Shown piece by piece: positions 1 to 11,125 of a stretch of 64,000 nucleotides of DNA. The notes under the pieces are model-generated. The model did no database searches. It had not been told where the DNA came from and saw only the letters and a list, made by a program, of their open reading frames with translations. Position numbers and translations under genes: made by a program. The DNA comes from a virus. Within the stretch, counting starts at the first letter, position 1. Each line of letters begins with the position of its first letter. The DNA lies in IMG/VR virus record IMGVR_UViG_3300025266_000004, positions 1 to 64,000 of that record, one strand, 5' to 3'.

Positions 1-1
1 T

Positions 2-3000
2 AGTGAAGATATAGGTGAATTAAGTTATGATAATTATAATGACTTTGTAAAGAGTAATACATCTACTAATTTACTATCTTTTGATTTAGGTAACGGTAAT
101 TTTGCTTATACTATTCAACCTGTAATAGAAACAAGTATTGGAGGTATATCTCAAGTAGTTAAAGATACACCAATTAAAGAGACTGCTAAAGTTGAGAAGA
201 AACCTACTACACAATTAGCATCTGATGATGCTATGTTAGGTGAGGATTTTAGTCCTAGTCAATTGAATTTATTTGAAGACGATAGTAATAATAAATTTAA
301 TGAAAAAAATATATTTACAGTAACACCAAAACAAAGTGCTGATAAAAAAGCAAAAAGTAAAGCTAAAATATCGAATAAATTTATTGGATTTGCAGACGGT
401 ATAACTGGAAGTAGTACCAAATTGTATACTGAACAAGCTGGTAAATACGCAAATACAGGTAATTATAATAATAAAGATGTAATATTTATTTCAATAGGAG
501 GGAGAAGAGGTCGAACTGATATTAGAAAAATACAACAACAAAAAACAATAAAGGAAACGATAAAAGCATTAGAACTTGGTGCTACTGTTTTAACTGATAA
601 TAAAGATTATACAAATATATCAACATACAATGAAGGAGAAAAATGGTTAAAAAGAGTTTTAGAGTCTAAAAAATACAGTTATAATGAAATTGTCGTTGAC
701 GGTAATAAAATAGGTACATGGACTAAATCTATAAATACTACAATTGGTTATAAAATTAATTACAAAGCTTTACAACAAGAGATAGAAGAAACTGTACTAA
801 TTAAAGGTTTTACAGCTTCTAAACAATCTATTTTAGTTGATGCTATTGCTTATGATATTAATGAACAAGTTATTAATAGCGGAAAATTACAACAAAGTCA
901 AGTTTTTAACAACTGGTTGACATACTTTAAAGAACAAAGAAGTGTATTCTCTGAACAAGGGAGAGATAAAGTAGTTGCTGAGTTTGATAAAATTATTGAT
1001 AGTTTTGATAGTATTAAACTATTTACTTTAAAGAAGGTAGGTAAGATTAATGGTATTCAAATTAAAGCAGATACTACTGTAGATGGATTACGTGATTTAG
1101 AAACACACTTAGAAAAGACTAACTTCAACGATGAAGCTACATTACAATTAGACTCTAAAGATACTGTAAGTGTTAAATTAAAGAGATTCTTTAGTGGTGT
1201 CAACGAATTAGACGAAAATGGTAAAGCAATTAAGCCTTATATGGGTCTTAAGAAATACGTACCATTTGATGTTGTATATAATGAAGTATCAGCTTTACTA
1301 GCTAATACACCTGCTGATTTTGGTTCAATGGTTGACATACTTGAACAGTATACTCAATCTAAGCCTTATTTAGAATCTCTAATAGCTAAGTTACAAAATA
1401 CCGAACAACAAACTAAAGACGAGTTCGTTGTTGCTATGTCGAAGCATAAAGTAGACATGGTTTACTTACTATGGTCTAAAGATGGTAAAACTGGTAATTA
1501 TAATATGATTACTCAAAATAGTAACTCTAATGATATAGCTACAGCTGTAGCAGACAATTGGTATGAAGGTTTAAAATCTAGCAAATATGTAACTAAAAAT
1601 AGTGATAATGAATTAGTTTTAAGTGCTGATATATCTAATGTAATTGAGAAACTAAAGAAATTCTCAAAAGATGAACCAAAGATCGATGAATTAGGTGACT
1701 TTTTAAAGAGTATAGGTATAGATATTGACCCTAGAACTTTGAATGATTTAAAAACTAACGGATTAAGAAGTAGAGGTAAACGTTTAGAGTATAAGCAACT
1801 ATTTAATACAGCTAATGGTGTATTTAATATTATGTTGAACAACTTAGAAAAGACTAAACAATCTAATTTAGTAGATAACAATCCTTTTAAAGATACATCT
1901 ATTAAATCTCTTGCAATTGCAGAAGCTAAATACAACACCAAAGAGTTTAGTAACTCGTTCAAGAATGGTGAAGGTAATACTATATATTCATTTAGTAATA
2001 ACAAGTACTTTGTAGATAGAATTAGAGAGTTAAAAACTAATAATAAACTGCAGAAAGATTTACTTAGTTTATCATATAATGGTAAAAGTGAGTGGTTACA
2101 AGATTTAACAAGTAGAGAAGATAATCTATTTAAGAGGACTTTTAACTACTTCTACTTAGATAGTATTAAGGAATTAGGAAGTACTCAGAAAGGTAAGAAA
2201 TTATCTAATATGTCTGATACTGAACAAGAGATAACTAAACTAGGTTTATTTTGGAATAGAAATACTTCTGTTAAAGAGAAAGGTATCGACAAAAGAATAG
2301 TTAGAATGTTCTATCCAACAATGTCAGATAAGACAACAATGGTTGGTTTAACAACTGTAGCTTACAATACTAAACTAGCTTTAAATGGAGATGTACATAA
2401 AGATACTATTAATAAAGTATACAATTCACTTATAGTACCTGAGATTTCAAGAATTATTAAGTTCCAAGAGGAAGTCAAATCTACTGGTATTAAAGGTTAC
2501 GATAAAGGTGCTAATATAGTATATTCTATTCCTGAGATTAATAATTCTTCTGTATTCAATGAAGATGGAGAGATTGATTTTGATGTACTATCTAATCCTA
2601 CTAAGATTAAAGAATTAAAAGACATAGTAGAACAACATATTGATACATTAACAGAAAATAAATTAAAGTACTGGCAAGAAGTAGGTATTAATACTAAAGA
2701 TTTTATTGATACTAACTATAAGAAATTCGCTACTGAACAAGTTGGTGAACAGAATATGCTAAAATTCTCTGCAACTGATTTTATAGTAAATACATTACTA
2801 ACTAATCAAAATGCTTTTCAATTGTTTATTGGTGATCCTGCTTTGTTCTATAAATCAAAGTCTTCTAATCCTATTAAGAAAGTAGAAGATACATTTGAAA
2901 ATATAGGTAAACGTTTAGCTAGTCAAATAGCACCTGGGATGGATCTTTCTGATAGTGAGAATGATACATACAAACAAGGATTTATTGATGATTACATATC

Positions 3001-6000
3001 TGATTCTAAATTCTTAGATGAGTATAGTAAGGTACTTAGTGAGAACGATTTAAAGGAATACAAAGGTATCGAAGGTACTGATGCACAAGAGTTTACTACT
3101 GTTGCTGAACATCTTTATGTAATGCAAAAATTAGGTAAATTAACTGACAAGCAAATTGACTCTATACAAGATAGAGCTTTAAAAGGTACATTATCAGAAG
3201 AAGAACTAGGTTTAATATTCCAACCTATGAAACCTGTATTTGTAGGTCAACACATGGATAAAGATAATGATGTACAACGTATGTTATATATTAAGTCTTC
3301 TAGTTTTCCACTAGTACCTCAATTGACTAAAGGTTTGGAGATTGACAAATTACGTGTAGCAATGGAACACCCAACTAAAGGAGTTGATAGAGTTTCATTT
3401 AGCACAGCTAATAAAGTTGGTGATTTCGCTAAACCTACTACAGTTTTTGATACTGATGGTAATGTAGTTGCTGATTTAGATTTATCGTCTACTACTTTAA
3501 AACTAGAAAGAAAGTATTTCAAGATACAACAAGAAGTACCTTATAAAGCTAGTAAAGAGAAGATTAATGATGGTTCTCAACAAAGAAAGTTATTGTTTGC
3601 TAATATACTAGATGTCGAAGGTGTCAAAGAACTTAAAGCTGAGTATGAGGAAACATATAGACAATTATATGAGAACGATTACAAGGACTTAATACAGGAA
3701 TTAGATGTTCAACCTGATGGTTCTTTTGATAGATTTCAGTTACATGATGTACTAATCAAAGAAGCAGAAGATAGAAACTATAGTATAAATGATATACAAT
3801 CATTGAAAATAGATGAGAAAGGACACTTTGTATATCCACTTGCTTTTAATAATTCTGCATCTAAGTTTGAAGCTTTGCTAACATCTATTGTTGATAACAG
3901 AGTTAGAAAGAAGAAATTCAGAGGTAATTCTTATGTCTTAGGTACAGAAGAAGGATTCAAGTTTGCTAATAGTGTAGAAGAAACTAATTTAAATGCTTCA
4001 TCTATTGTATATACTAAAGATTGGACAGGTGAATTAAGACCTCAACGCTCTGAAACAGTAGACGGTAAAAAAGTAGTACAACCTGCTGAGATATTAATAC
4101 CTTTTAAATTCAGAGATAAGAATGGTAAATTACTAAACGCTAAAGACTTTGTAAATGCTGACGGAACATTAGATACAACTAAGTTAGATGAAGATATACT
4201 TAAGACTTTCGGGTTCAGAATACCGACACAAGGTTTAAATAGTATGTCATATATGAAGGTAGTTGGTTTCCTACCTAAATCAGCAGGTGATTTAATCATT
4301 GCACCTAGAGAATTTACTATTCAAATGGGTAGTGATTTTGATGTTGATAAACTATACTCATATATGTATAATACTGTTGAGTATAATGGTAATATTAGAG
4401 TTATAAATGATAAGTTAGTACAAGAGATTAAAGCTGATTTTGATGTTGAGAATTTAGATGAGTTGAAAGCTGAGTTTAATAAACAGGAACTTAAAGATGC
4501 TATTAAAGAGTATGGTGTAATTATTGAAAAAGCACAAATTGACTTTGATAATGGTATAGATAACGAACAGACTGGTGAACAACTAGAAGCTTTGTATGAT
4601 AAATTACAAGATAGTAAAGAGCTTAAAATGCTTGCTAAGTACGACCTCGATACTGTAAATACGATTAATTCTATTATTACAGGCAAGTACGCCTTACAGA
4701 ACAAGCTACTTGATATACATTTCGATATATTAGCTAATCCTGATAAGAGAATACAAAGTCAGATACTAGAACCTCTAGGATTTGGTACTCTTAAAGACGA
4801 TGCGGCTAAGATTGATGGATATTTAAAAGAGGATAAGATATTTAGTCCTTTATCAGATGAGTATCAAAAGATGAAATATATTAACGCAACTGCTGGTAAA
4901 GCAGGTGTAGGTGTATTTAGTATGGATAGTGTTTTTAATGCTTTATTACAAGGTGTAACAGAAGGTGTAGAATTAGTAGATATTAAAGGTAAAGCCATAT
5001 CTATTAAATTTGGTAAACATACTTCTAATGCTTTATCTGATAGTAAATCTGTTAAGGGTACAAGATATAAATCACAAGTTATTGCGGCTTATCAATCTGC
5101 TGCTGTAGATAACGAGAAAGAACAAATCTTAGACAAGTTAAATATCAACTCTCACACATTTGATGTAATTGCTATACTGAATCAGGTTGGATTTGAGGAA
5201 GATGTTGTTACAGCACTCATTAATCAACCTATTATTAGAGAGTATGTAAAACAAGTTATTAAAGCTAATGACATTACTAGTGGGAATATTAGTAATGTAG
5301 AGAGTTTTGTATATGATGAATTACGTAAACTATATAAATCTAATGTATACAAGTTTGATACACATAGTAATTTAGCTGATAAGAGTGCTAATGATATGTT
5401 AGAGAATATTAAGAATGTTCAAAACACATTATCGTATAATAATATACAATTAGCTGTTTTAGATAAGTTTTTATCACTTAAAGGTAAAGGTCTACAACTA
5501 AAAGAAATACAAAGTACAATCAATAGTGATAGTGCAGGTCTAAGTAAGTCTTTAATAGAGACACAAGCTAAACAAAGTTCTATTTTAAGTCTATATGGTA
5601 ATAAAGGTTTTTCAAATATTGAAAAACTTATTGGTGACTATAAGAGTGAAGCTGAGTTGAATGATCTTTCTGAGGAAGAGCAAGAGAAGTATTCACATTA
5701 TGCTGGATTAACGTACATTAAACCAAGTACTATTAATGGTTATGTAGCTGTATATGGACTAGCTTTAAATAACAAGATGTGGAGTAATGAATTTCATTAC
5801 CACAAAACAAATGTTAATAAAGCTTTTGATACTATAGTTAAACTTACTGGTAAAGAAGATGTATCTGTATCACAACAAAATACTCTAAAACAAGAGGTAT
5901 GGGGTAATATTAAGTCATATTTATTTACATCTCCTGAGAGTAACTTGTATAATAAAGATGTTACACAGTTACGTAACGAGTTATTGTTTGATAATGAAAC

Positions 6001-9000
6001 TAATGAATCACTAGCAACTAAGATTAAAGACTTACAAGGTTCTTCTATAGGTGTTAAGAATGCTTTTTTAAATAAGTTATCAACTAATATACAGAAAGGA
6101 CAAAAACCTTCTTTAGTTACATTCAATGCTAGTACTGGTGAGAACTTTGACGAGACTAATATATATGCTGCTTTTGTTGAACTATTAGTTAATGATAGAA
6201 AAATCAATGAAACTCTTACTACTAGAGAGCTTGCTGAGGACTTAATTAGATACCAATTTTTAACAGGTGGTTTACAACAAGCTAAACAGTTTATTAAGTA
6301 TATTCCTGTAGCATATTTAAACGAGATTGGTTTTTCTAAGTATTTAGATACCTCAATTGAAGGTTTAGATGCTGGATTTGTTAGACAATTCGTGCAAAAC
6401 AATGCAGGTAAAGCACCTAGACTGACAGAAGATATTTATGGTAGTGATGTTAGTAAGCTTGAGAAGTTTACTGTACCTACTGAGAGTATTGCTAAATTTA
6501 GTGATGCACTTGGTAATCTTTTACCTTACATATCTGTATATAATGGGTCTGCTGAATCTGGTTATAGTTTATATGAGAATGACGGTAATGGTACTTATCA
6601 TAAGATTGATACTTTAGGTAGTACTGATTTCAAAGAGTATAACATTAATAGTACATATGCTACTTCTACAATCAAATCTAATAACACTAATACTAAACTT
6701 GAAAGACCTACTTATACTAAGTCTACACCTGTTATCGAAGAATCTGAAATATTAAATTCTTATGGTATTAGTTTTACTACTAGTGAGACAGAACGTACAA
6801 GAAATTTTTTAACAAACGTTAAGAATAATAGTAATAACAAATTGTACAAGGTGTTAGCAGGTAAAATGTTAGACAACATTGATAAAACTAATACACCTTT
6901 AGTACTTGATAAAACTATTAATACAGATGGTAAACATTTAGACGGTACAGTATTCATTAATCCTAATAGAATTAAATCTACTGAACAACTAGAGAAGGTT
7001 TTACTACATGAATTAGTCCACGCATTTACTGTAAAAGGTTTAGAAGGTGGTAGTAGAAGTGCTGTAAGAATCAAAGGTTTATTCAATGAGTTTAAAGACA
7101 GTTTAAGTAAAGAAGAATTACAAACCGTATTAACTAAATTAGGTAAAATAAGAAAAGGTGAAAATATTACTTTCTCTCAAAATGAATTAGATGTTATATA
7201 CGGTGGTGTTAACGTTAAAGAGTTTGTAGCTTTAGTAATGACTTCAAAAGATATGCAGAAGTTGTTAAACAAAACTATGTATCTTAAAGATAAGAACTTC
7301 TTATTAGAACTTATAGATAGAATAGTTGAGGTGCTAAATACACTAGGACTTAAAAAGAGTTCAGATTTAAAGTTTGCTATACATGATATATTTGATTTAA
7401 TAGATTCTGTTGAAGCTACGAGTGAAGACTTTTTACCTAGTCAAGCTAGTACTTTTGAACTACAGATGAAGTTAGGTGTAATGAATAAGGATGGTAGTCA
7501 TGTGAAATATGATAATGTAAATGTTAGTAAATTGAAGAAAGAATTTGCCGATAAACTACCTAAAGGTTATACTATAAAAACACATAAAGTTGAGAACAAA
7601 ACTGTATTTTACGTTCAGCCGTTAATAGAAGAATATAGCGTCACAGTGGATGAAGACACCAACAAAGGAAGATATGGTAAATTTGGGAAACTAGTAAGGG
7701 AAACTGATAGTAGAATATCTTACATCAAATCGACTATTAGTAAAGCTAAACAAAGTGGTGATTTCAAAACTGCTATTGATCAGGAAGCGAGACTTGAAGA
7801 AGTTGAAAGTGATTTAGAGAGATTACTAGATGCAACTAAGTTAGAAGATATTGCTTTTTACGCTGAAAAAGATATCGCTGAGATAGGTGGTATATTAGAG
7901 AATCCAAATGCTACAGCTGAGAATTTAGATAAGGCTGAAAAGTTGATTCATATATGGCAAAAAGGTATTGATTTGTTCTTTTCTAAGGAAGAGAAAACAA
8001 GTGATATACTAGTAGATGAATTTGCTAAGTATCAAGTTAAAGCTGATAGACTAGGTGACAGACTAGCTAATAAACAAAATGAGGTAGCAAGGAAATTGAT
8101 TACTAGATTGACTGGTAAAGATATTAGTATTGCAGAAGCTTTTAAGGAGTTTAAAGATGTCAACGGTTTAACGTCTAGAACCCTCGATATCTCCCATGCT
8201 GACAATATTCTATTACAGGCTATTTGGAAAAATGTAAAATTAGCGAATAACGAAGCTAGACTTGAGACTGAAAAAGTTGTTAAGTCTGTAGACGAATTGA
8301 TTAGTAACGCTGATAGTTCTCTAGGTAAGGGTAGAGATAAGTATAAAATCTTTAAACAACTTACTAAAGGTGGTGAATGGACTGGTGATTTAGTTCACAG
8401 GTTCTCTAAAGAGTATTTCGATGAGAAAAGTACTAAGCTAAATAAAGCTAATAGAGTTAATACAAAAGCTGGTTGGAATAGTTACTTCAAATGGAGAAAA
8501 GAGAATGAGTTAATATTCGATGTTAGAATGTTATTTCCTGATACTGATTTATATACTACAACTTTACCTCAAAAAGTGACTGATAATCATATTAAAGAGT
8601 TAAAAGGTAATTTAGGTGAAAAGGGATATAAGAATTTCTATTCTAAGTTAAGTAAGAAATTAGAGCAATTTAAGATTCTAAGAGAACTTGAACAAGATAG
8701 AATTGAGTTAATGAACTTAGAACCTAGAGAGCAGGAGAAACAACTTAAGTTATGGGATTATAAAAATTCACCTTATTACGCTAGTGAAAGTTTCGCTACA
8801 GGAAAAGGATTAATAATTGATAAGAAGTTAATCAACTCTAAAGGTGCTGAACATACAATTGTAGTACCTAAAAAGATAGATAGTAAAGGTAATACAACAA
8901 AATGGTATGATTCTAGTTTTGAACAGATAGAAGATAATGACGCTTTATCTAATTTATATGATTATATGTTAGATACTTTTAATACGTTAAATACTATTCT

Positions 9001-11008
9001 ACCTGATAATCAAAAAAGAAGAATTAGAGAGAACACTGTACCTGAGATTAAGAAGAGTATTATTGAAGCTTTTTCAGATAATGGTATCAAAGGTGGTTTA
9101 GGTTCATGGTATAACAAGTTAATTCAAGATATATCAGTTAATGAACTAAGTGATACAACTTATGCAGAGAAAGATGCTGTAACTGGTGAAGTTAAGAAAC
9201 AACTTAAAGTTAAACACATTGTAGATAATACAGAGAAGTTTAAGGAGTTAATGAAGAGGGGTAGAATAGAGTTTGAGTTAGCTAACAACAAGAAACCTAA
9301 TATTGACGATATACATAAGATAAGAGACAATGTTAATAAGGAGTTATTAAAGGAGAAGTCATTTGATTTAGGTGTTATTATTAAAGCTTACAGTGGTGCT
9401 GTTTTAGCTTACAAACATAAATCTGTAGTTGAATCTGAATTAAAGCTTGTTAATAGTATTTTATCTAATGCTAAAGAGACTGAGTTTAATGCACAAGGAG
9501 GGAAACTTAAAACACCAGATGGTACACTAGCTAAAAAATCACAAGCTGATTCATACGTTAATGTCAAGGCAATGCTCAAACATTATACTGATAACTTCTA
9601 TGATGTAGGTAAGAAACTAGAAGGTGTTAGTGGTAAGAAGAGTTATACACCTCAACAGAAGAAAGAGAAGAAGAACATTGAACAACTGTTAGCTGAAAAT
9701 GAAGTAGCTTTTACTGAGAATAAGATAGATGAAAAGAAACGTGACTTAAATAAGAGTACACTTACTGAACAACTAGATAATTTAGGTTCTAATAAAGTAG
9801 CTTCTAAAATAGGTGATAAAGCTTTACAATATGTCCAACTTAAGGGTATGGCATATAATGTTATTAGTGGTTTTTCTAATATGGCTTTCGGTTTTGTTGA
9901 TAATATAACAGCTGCTGCTGATGGTAGGCTTTATAGTGGTAAAGATTACCGTAAAGGTTTTGGTATGGTACTACGTAGTATAGGAGGTAAATCAGAAGAT
10001 GCTAAGAAGATTACAAATCTAATGAAACATTTAGACGTATTAAAGGACGCATCGGATGAACTTTTCGAATCGTCTTCTAAGTCTGTTTTACAGAAAAGAA
10101 TGAAGCATTTAGCACCCTATGAAGTACAGAAACGTACAGAATACATAAATCAAGCACCTATTATGATTGCTATGTTAAATAGTAATAAAGTAGAAGGTAA
10201 AGAAACAACTTTATGGGAGTCTCTAAATGAAGATGGCTCAATCAAAGAAGGTAGTGGTTTAACTAAGAAACAACTTGATGATTTTAAAGTCAAATTAGAT
10301 CAAACGATTAAGATGCTTCACGGGAATTATGATACTGATTCAACTATAATGGGTAAAGCAACTATAACAGGCAGGGCTTTGATGCAGTTTAGAACATGGA
10401 TGTTTGAGGGTGCTCATAAGAGGTTCGGAGCTGAGAAGTTTGATAGTAATTTAGGTCTTACAAGAAAAGGTAGATACAGGAGTATATATGAAAATTTAGA
10501 TGTAAGTGCATTGATAACTACAAGTAAAGTACTACTTAAGAAACTTACTTTTAATACAGCTTTTAAGAATACTAAGTTTGAAGATAGATTTAATGAAGTT
10601 GATGCTGCTAATATGAAAGCTAACTTAACTGAGCTAATGATATACATGGGTCTATATGGAATGAGTATATTACTAAAGATGTCAATGGACGATGAAGATG
10701 AAAAGAATAACTTTATAGGTAATCATTTACTTAATCAAATGTTAAGACTTGAAACAGATATTACATTCTATACTAGTCCTGTTTCTTTTGAAGCCTTAAC
10801 TAAAAGTTCTGTACCTGCAATGTCATTGATAACAGATGTCGGACAATGGTTTGAAGCTACTGGTAAATTTGTAATTGGAGAAGATGAGATTAAATCAGGT
10901 GTTAATAGTGGTGATAGTAGATTACTAAGAGAGACATCACAAATGATCCCATTAGGTACACAAATCTATAGAATAAAAAGTGCAGGTAGTCAAATATTTG
11001 ATAAATAG
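2..11008 (+). CDS. Giant virion RNA polymerase polyprotein (crAss-like vRNAP, zincin domain, C-terminal helical cargo region); 5' partial
   Basis: The frame is open from position 2 (SEDIGELSYD...) into the ATG at 233. It contains FRIPTQ and MGSDFDVDK (DxDxD at 4334-4348), typical of crAss-like vRNAP, an HELVH zincin motif at 7007-7021, and a hydrophobic segment near the C-terminus. Confidence 0.92.
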   Translation, partial: SEDIGELSYDNYNDFVKSNTSTNLLSFDLGNGNFAYTIQPVIETSIGGISQVVKDTPIKETAKVEKKPTTQLASDDAMLGEDFSPSQLNLFEDDSNNKFNEKNIFTVTPKQSADKKAKSKAKISNKFIGFADGITGSSTKLYTEQAGKYANTGNYNNKDVIFISIGGRRGRTDIRKIQQQKTIKETIKALELGATVLTDNKDYTNISTYNEGEKWLKRVLESKKYSYNEIVVDGNKIGTWTKSINTTIGYKINYKALQQEIEETVLIKGFTASKQSILVDAIAYDINEQVINSGKLQQSQVFNNWLTYFKEQRSVFSEQGRDKVVAEFDKIIDSFDSIKLFTLKKVGKINGIQIKADTTVDGLRDLETHLEKTNFNDEATLQLDSKDTVSVKLKRFFSGVNELDENGKAIKPYMGLKKYVPFDVVYNEVSALLANTPADFGSMVDILEQYTQSKPYLESLIAKLQNTEQQTKDEFVVAMSKHKVDMVYLLWSKDGKTGNYNMITQNSNSNDIATAVADNWYEGLKSSKYVTKNSDNELVLSADISNVIEKLKKFSKDEPKIDELGDFLKSIGIDIDPRTLNDLKTNGLRSRGKRLEYKQLFNTANGVFNIMLNNLEKTKQSNLVDNNPFKDTSIKSLAIAEAKYNTKEFSNSFKNGEGNTIYSFSNNKYFVDRIRELKTNNKLQKDLLSLSYNGKSEWLQDLTSREDNLFKRTFNYFYLDSIKELGSTQKGKKLSNMSDTEQEITKLGLFWNRNTSVKEKGIDKRIVRMFYPTMSDKTTMVGLTTVAYNTKLALNGDVHKDTINKVYNSLIVPEISRIIKFQEEVKSTGIKGYDKGANIVYSIPEINNSSVFNEDGEIDFDVLSNPTKIKELKDIVEQHIDTLTENKLKYWQEVGINTKDFIDTNYKKFATEQVGEQNMLKFSATDFIVNTLLTNQNAFQLFIGDPALFYKSKSSNPIKKVEDTFENIGKRLASQIAPGMDLSDSENDTYKQGFIDDYISDSKFLDEYSKVLSENDLKEYKGIEGTDAQEFTTVAEHLYVMQKLGKLTDKQIDSIQDRALKGTLSEEELGLIFQPMKPVFVGQHMDKDNDVQRMLYIKSSSFPLVPQLTKGLEIDKLRVAMEHPTKGVDRVSFSTANKVGDFAKPTTVFDTDGNVVADLDLSSTTLKLERKYFKIQQEVPYKASKEKINDGSQQRKLLFANILDVEGVKELKAEYEETYRQLYENDYKDLIQELDVQPDGSFDRFQLHDVLIKEAEDRNYSINDIQSLKIDEKGHFVYPLAFNNSASKFEALLTSIVDNRVRKKKFRGNSYVLGTEEGFKFANSVEETNLNASSIVYTKDWTGELRPQRSETVDGKKVVQPAEILIPFKFRDKNGKLLNAKDFVNADGTLDTTKLDEDILKTFGFRIPTQGLNSMSYMKVVGFLPKSAGDLIIAPREFTIQMGSDFDVDKLYSYMYNTVEYNGNIRVINDKLVQEIKADFDVENLDELKAEFNKQELKDAIKEYGVIIEKAQIDFDNGIDNEQTGEQLEALYDKLQDSKELKMLAKYDLDTVNTINSIITGKYALQNKLLDIHFDILANPDKRIQSQILEPLGFGTLKDDAAKIDGYLKEDKIFSPLSDEYQKMKYINATAGKAGVGVFSMDSVFNALLQGVTEGVELVDIKGKAISIKFGKHTSNALSDSKSVKGTRYKSQVIAAYQSAAVDNEKEQILDKLNINSHTFDVIAILNQVGFEEDVVTALINQPIIREYVKQVIKANDITSGNISNVESFVYDELRKLYKSNVYKFDTHSNLADKSANDMLENIKNVQNTLSYNNIQLAVLDKFLSLKGKGLQLKEIQSTINSDSAGLSKSLIETQAKQSSILSLYGNKGFSNIEKLIGDYKSEAELNDLSEEEQEKYSHYAGLTYIKPSTINGYVAVYGLALNNKMWSNEFHYHKTNVNKAFDTIVKLTGKEDVSVSQQNTLKQEVWGNIKSYLFTSPESNLYNKDVTQLRNELLFDNETNESLATKIKDLQGSSIGVKNAFLNKLSTNIQKGQKPSLVTFNASTGENFDETNIYAAFVELLVNDRKINETLTTRELAEDLIRYQFLTGGLQQAKQFIKYIPVAYLNEIGFSKYLDTSIEGLDAGFVRQFVQNNAGKAPRLTEDIYGSDVSKLEKFTVPTESIAKFSDALGNLLPYISVYNGSAESGYSLYENDGNGTYHKIDTLGSTDFKEYNINSTYATSTIKSNNTNTKLERPTYTKSTPVIEESEILNSYGISFTTSETERTRNFLTNVKNNSNNKLYKVLAGKMLDNIDKTNTPLVLDKTINTDGKHLDGTVFINPNRIKSTEQLEKVLLHELVHAFTVKGLEGGSRSAVRIKGLFNEFKDSLSKEELQTVLTKLGKIRKGENITFSQNELDVIYGGVNVKEFVALVMTSKDMQKLLNKTMYLKDKNFLLELIDRIVEVLNTLGLKKSSDLKFAIHDIFDLIDSVEATSEDFLPSQASTFELQMKLGVMNKDGSHVKYDNVNVSKLKKEFADKLPKGYTIKTHKVENKTVFYVQPLIEEYSVTVDEDTNKGRYGKFGKLVRETDSRISYIKSTISKAKQSGDFKTAIDQEARLEEVESDLERLLDATKLEDIAFYAEKDIAEIGGILENPNATAENLDKAEKLIHIWQKGIDLFFSKEEKTSDILVDEFAKYQVKADRLGDRLANKQNEVARKLITRLTGKDISIAEAFKEFKDVNGLTSRTLDISHADNILLQAIWKNVKLANNEARLETEKVVKSVDELISNADSSLGKGRDKYKIFKQLTKGGEWTGDLVHRFSKEYFDEKSTKLNKANRVNTKAGWNSYFKWRKENELIFDVRMLFPDTDLYTTTLPQKVTDNHIKELKGNLGEKGYKNFYSKLSKKLEQFKILRELEQDRIELMNLEPREQEKQLKLWDYKNSPYYASESFATGKGLIIDKKLINSKGAEHTIVVPKKIDSKGNTTKWYDSSFEQIEDNDALSNLYDYMLDTFNTLNTILPDNQKRRIRENTVPEIKKSIIEAFSDNGIKGGLGSWYNKLIQDISVNELSDTTYAEKDAVTGEVKKQLKVKHIVDNTEKFKELMKRGRIEFELANNKKPNIDDIHKIRDNVNKELLKEKSFDLGVIIKAYSGAVLAYKHKSVVESELKLVNSILSNAKETEFNAQGGKLKTPDGTLAKKSQADSYVNVKAMLKHYTDNFYDVGKKLEGVSGKKSYTPQQKKEKKNIEQLLAENEVAFTENKIDEKKRDLNKSTLTEQLDNLGSNKVASKIGDKALQYVQLKGMAYNVISGFSNMAFGFVDNITAAADGRLYSGKDYRKGFGMVLRSIGGKSEDAKKITNLMKHLDVLKDASDELFESSSKSVLQKRMKHLAPYEVQKRTEYINQAPIMIAMLNSNKVEGKETTLWESLNEDGSIKEGSGLTKKQLDDFKVKLDQTIKMLHGNYDTDSTIMGKATITGRALMQFRTWMFEGAHKRFGAEKFDSNLGLTRKGRYRSIYENLDVSALITTSKVLLKKLTFNTAFKNTKFEDRFNEVDAANMKANLTELMIYMGLYGMSILLKMSMDDEDEKNNFIGNHLLNQMLRLETDITFYTSPVSFEALTKSSVPAMSLITDVGQWFEATGKFVIGEDEIKSGVNSGDSRLLRETSQMIPLGTQIYRIKSAGSQIFDK

Positions 11009-11030
11009 GATACTAAAACGTACAAGTAAA

Positions 11031-11067
11031 AAAAAGGGTAACGAATTATAAACTCGTTACCCTTTTT
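11031..11067. terminator. Bidirectional intrinsic terminator
   Basis: 14-bp inverted repeat AAAAAGGGTAACGA/TCGTTACCCTTTTT between convergent gene blocks. Confidence 0.9.
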
Positions 11068-11125
11068 ACTGCTTAAAATCACAATTACCACATTGTAATT
11101 TGTCTTATACTGAACAACAATACGT

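Noticed and set aside
233-235. ATG at 233 as the true start of the vRNAP gene
   Set aside because: The frame is open back to the window edge with protein-like sequence, so the gene starts upstream.
1513-10647. Minus-strand ORFs inside the vRNAP gene, and similar antisense ORFs across the window
   Set aside because: They are L/S/F-rich shadow frames of real genes on the opposite strand and show no motifs.
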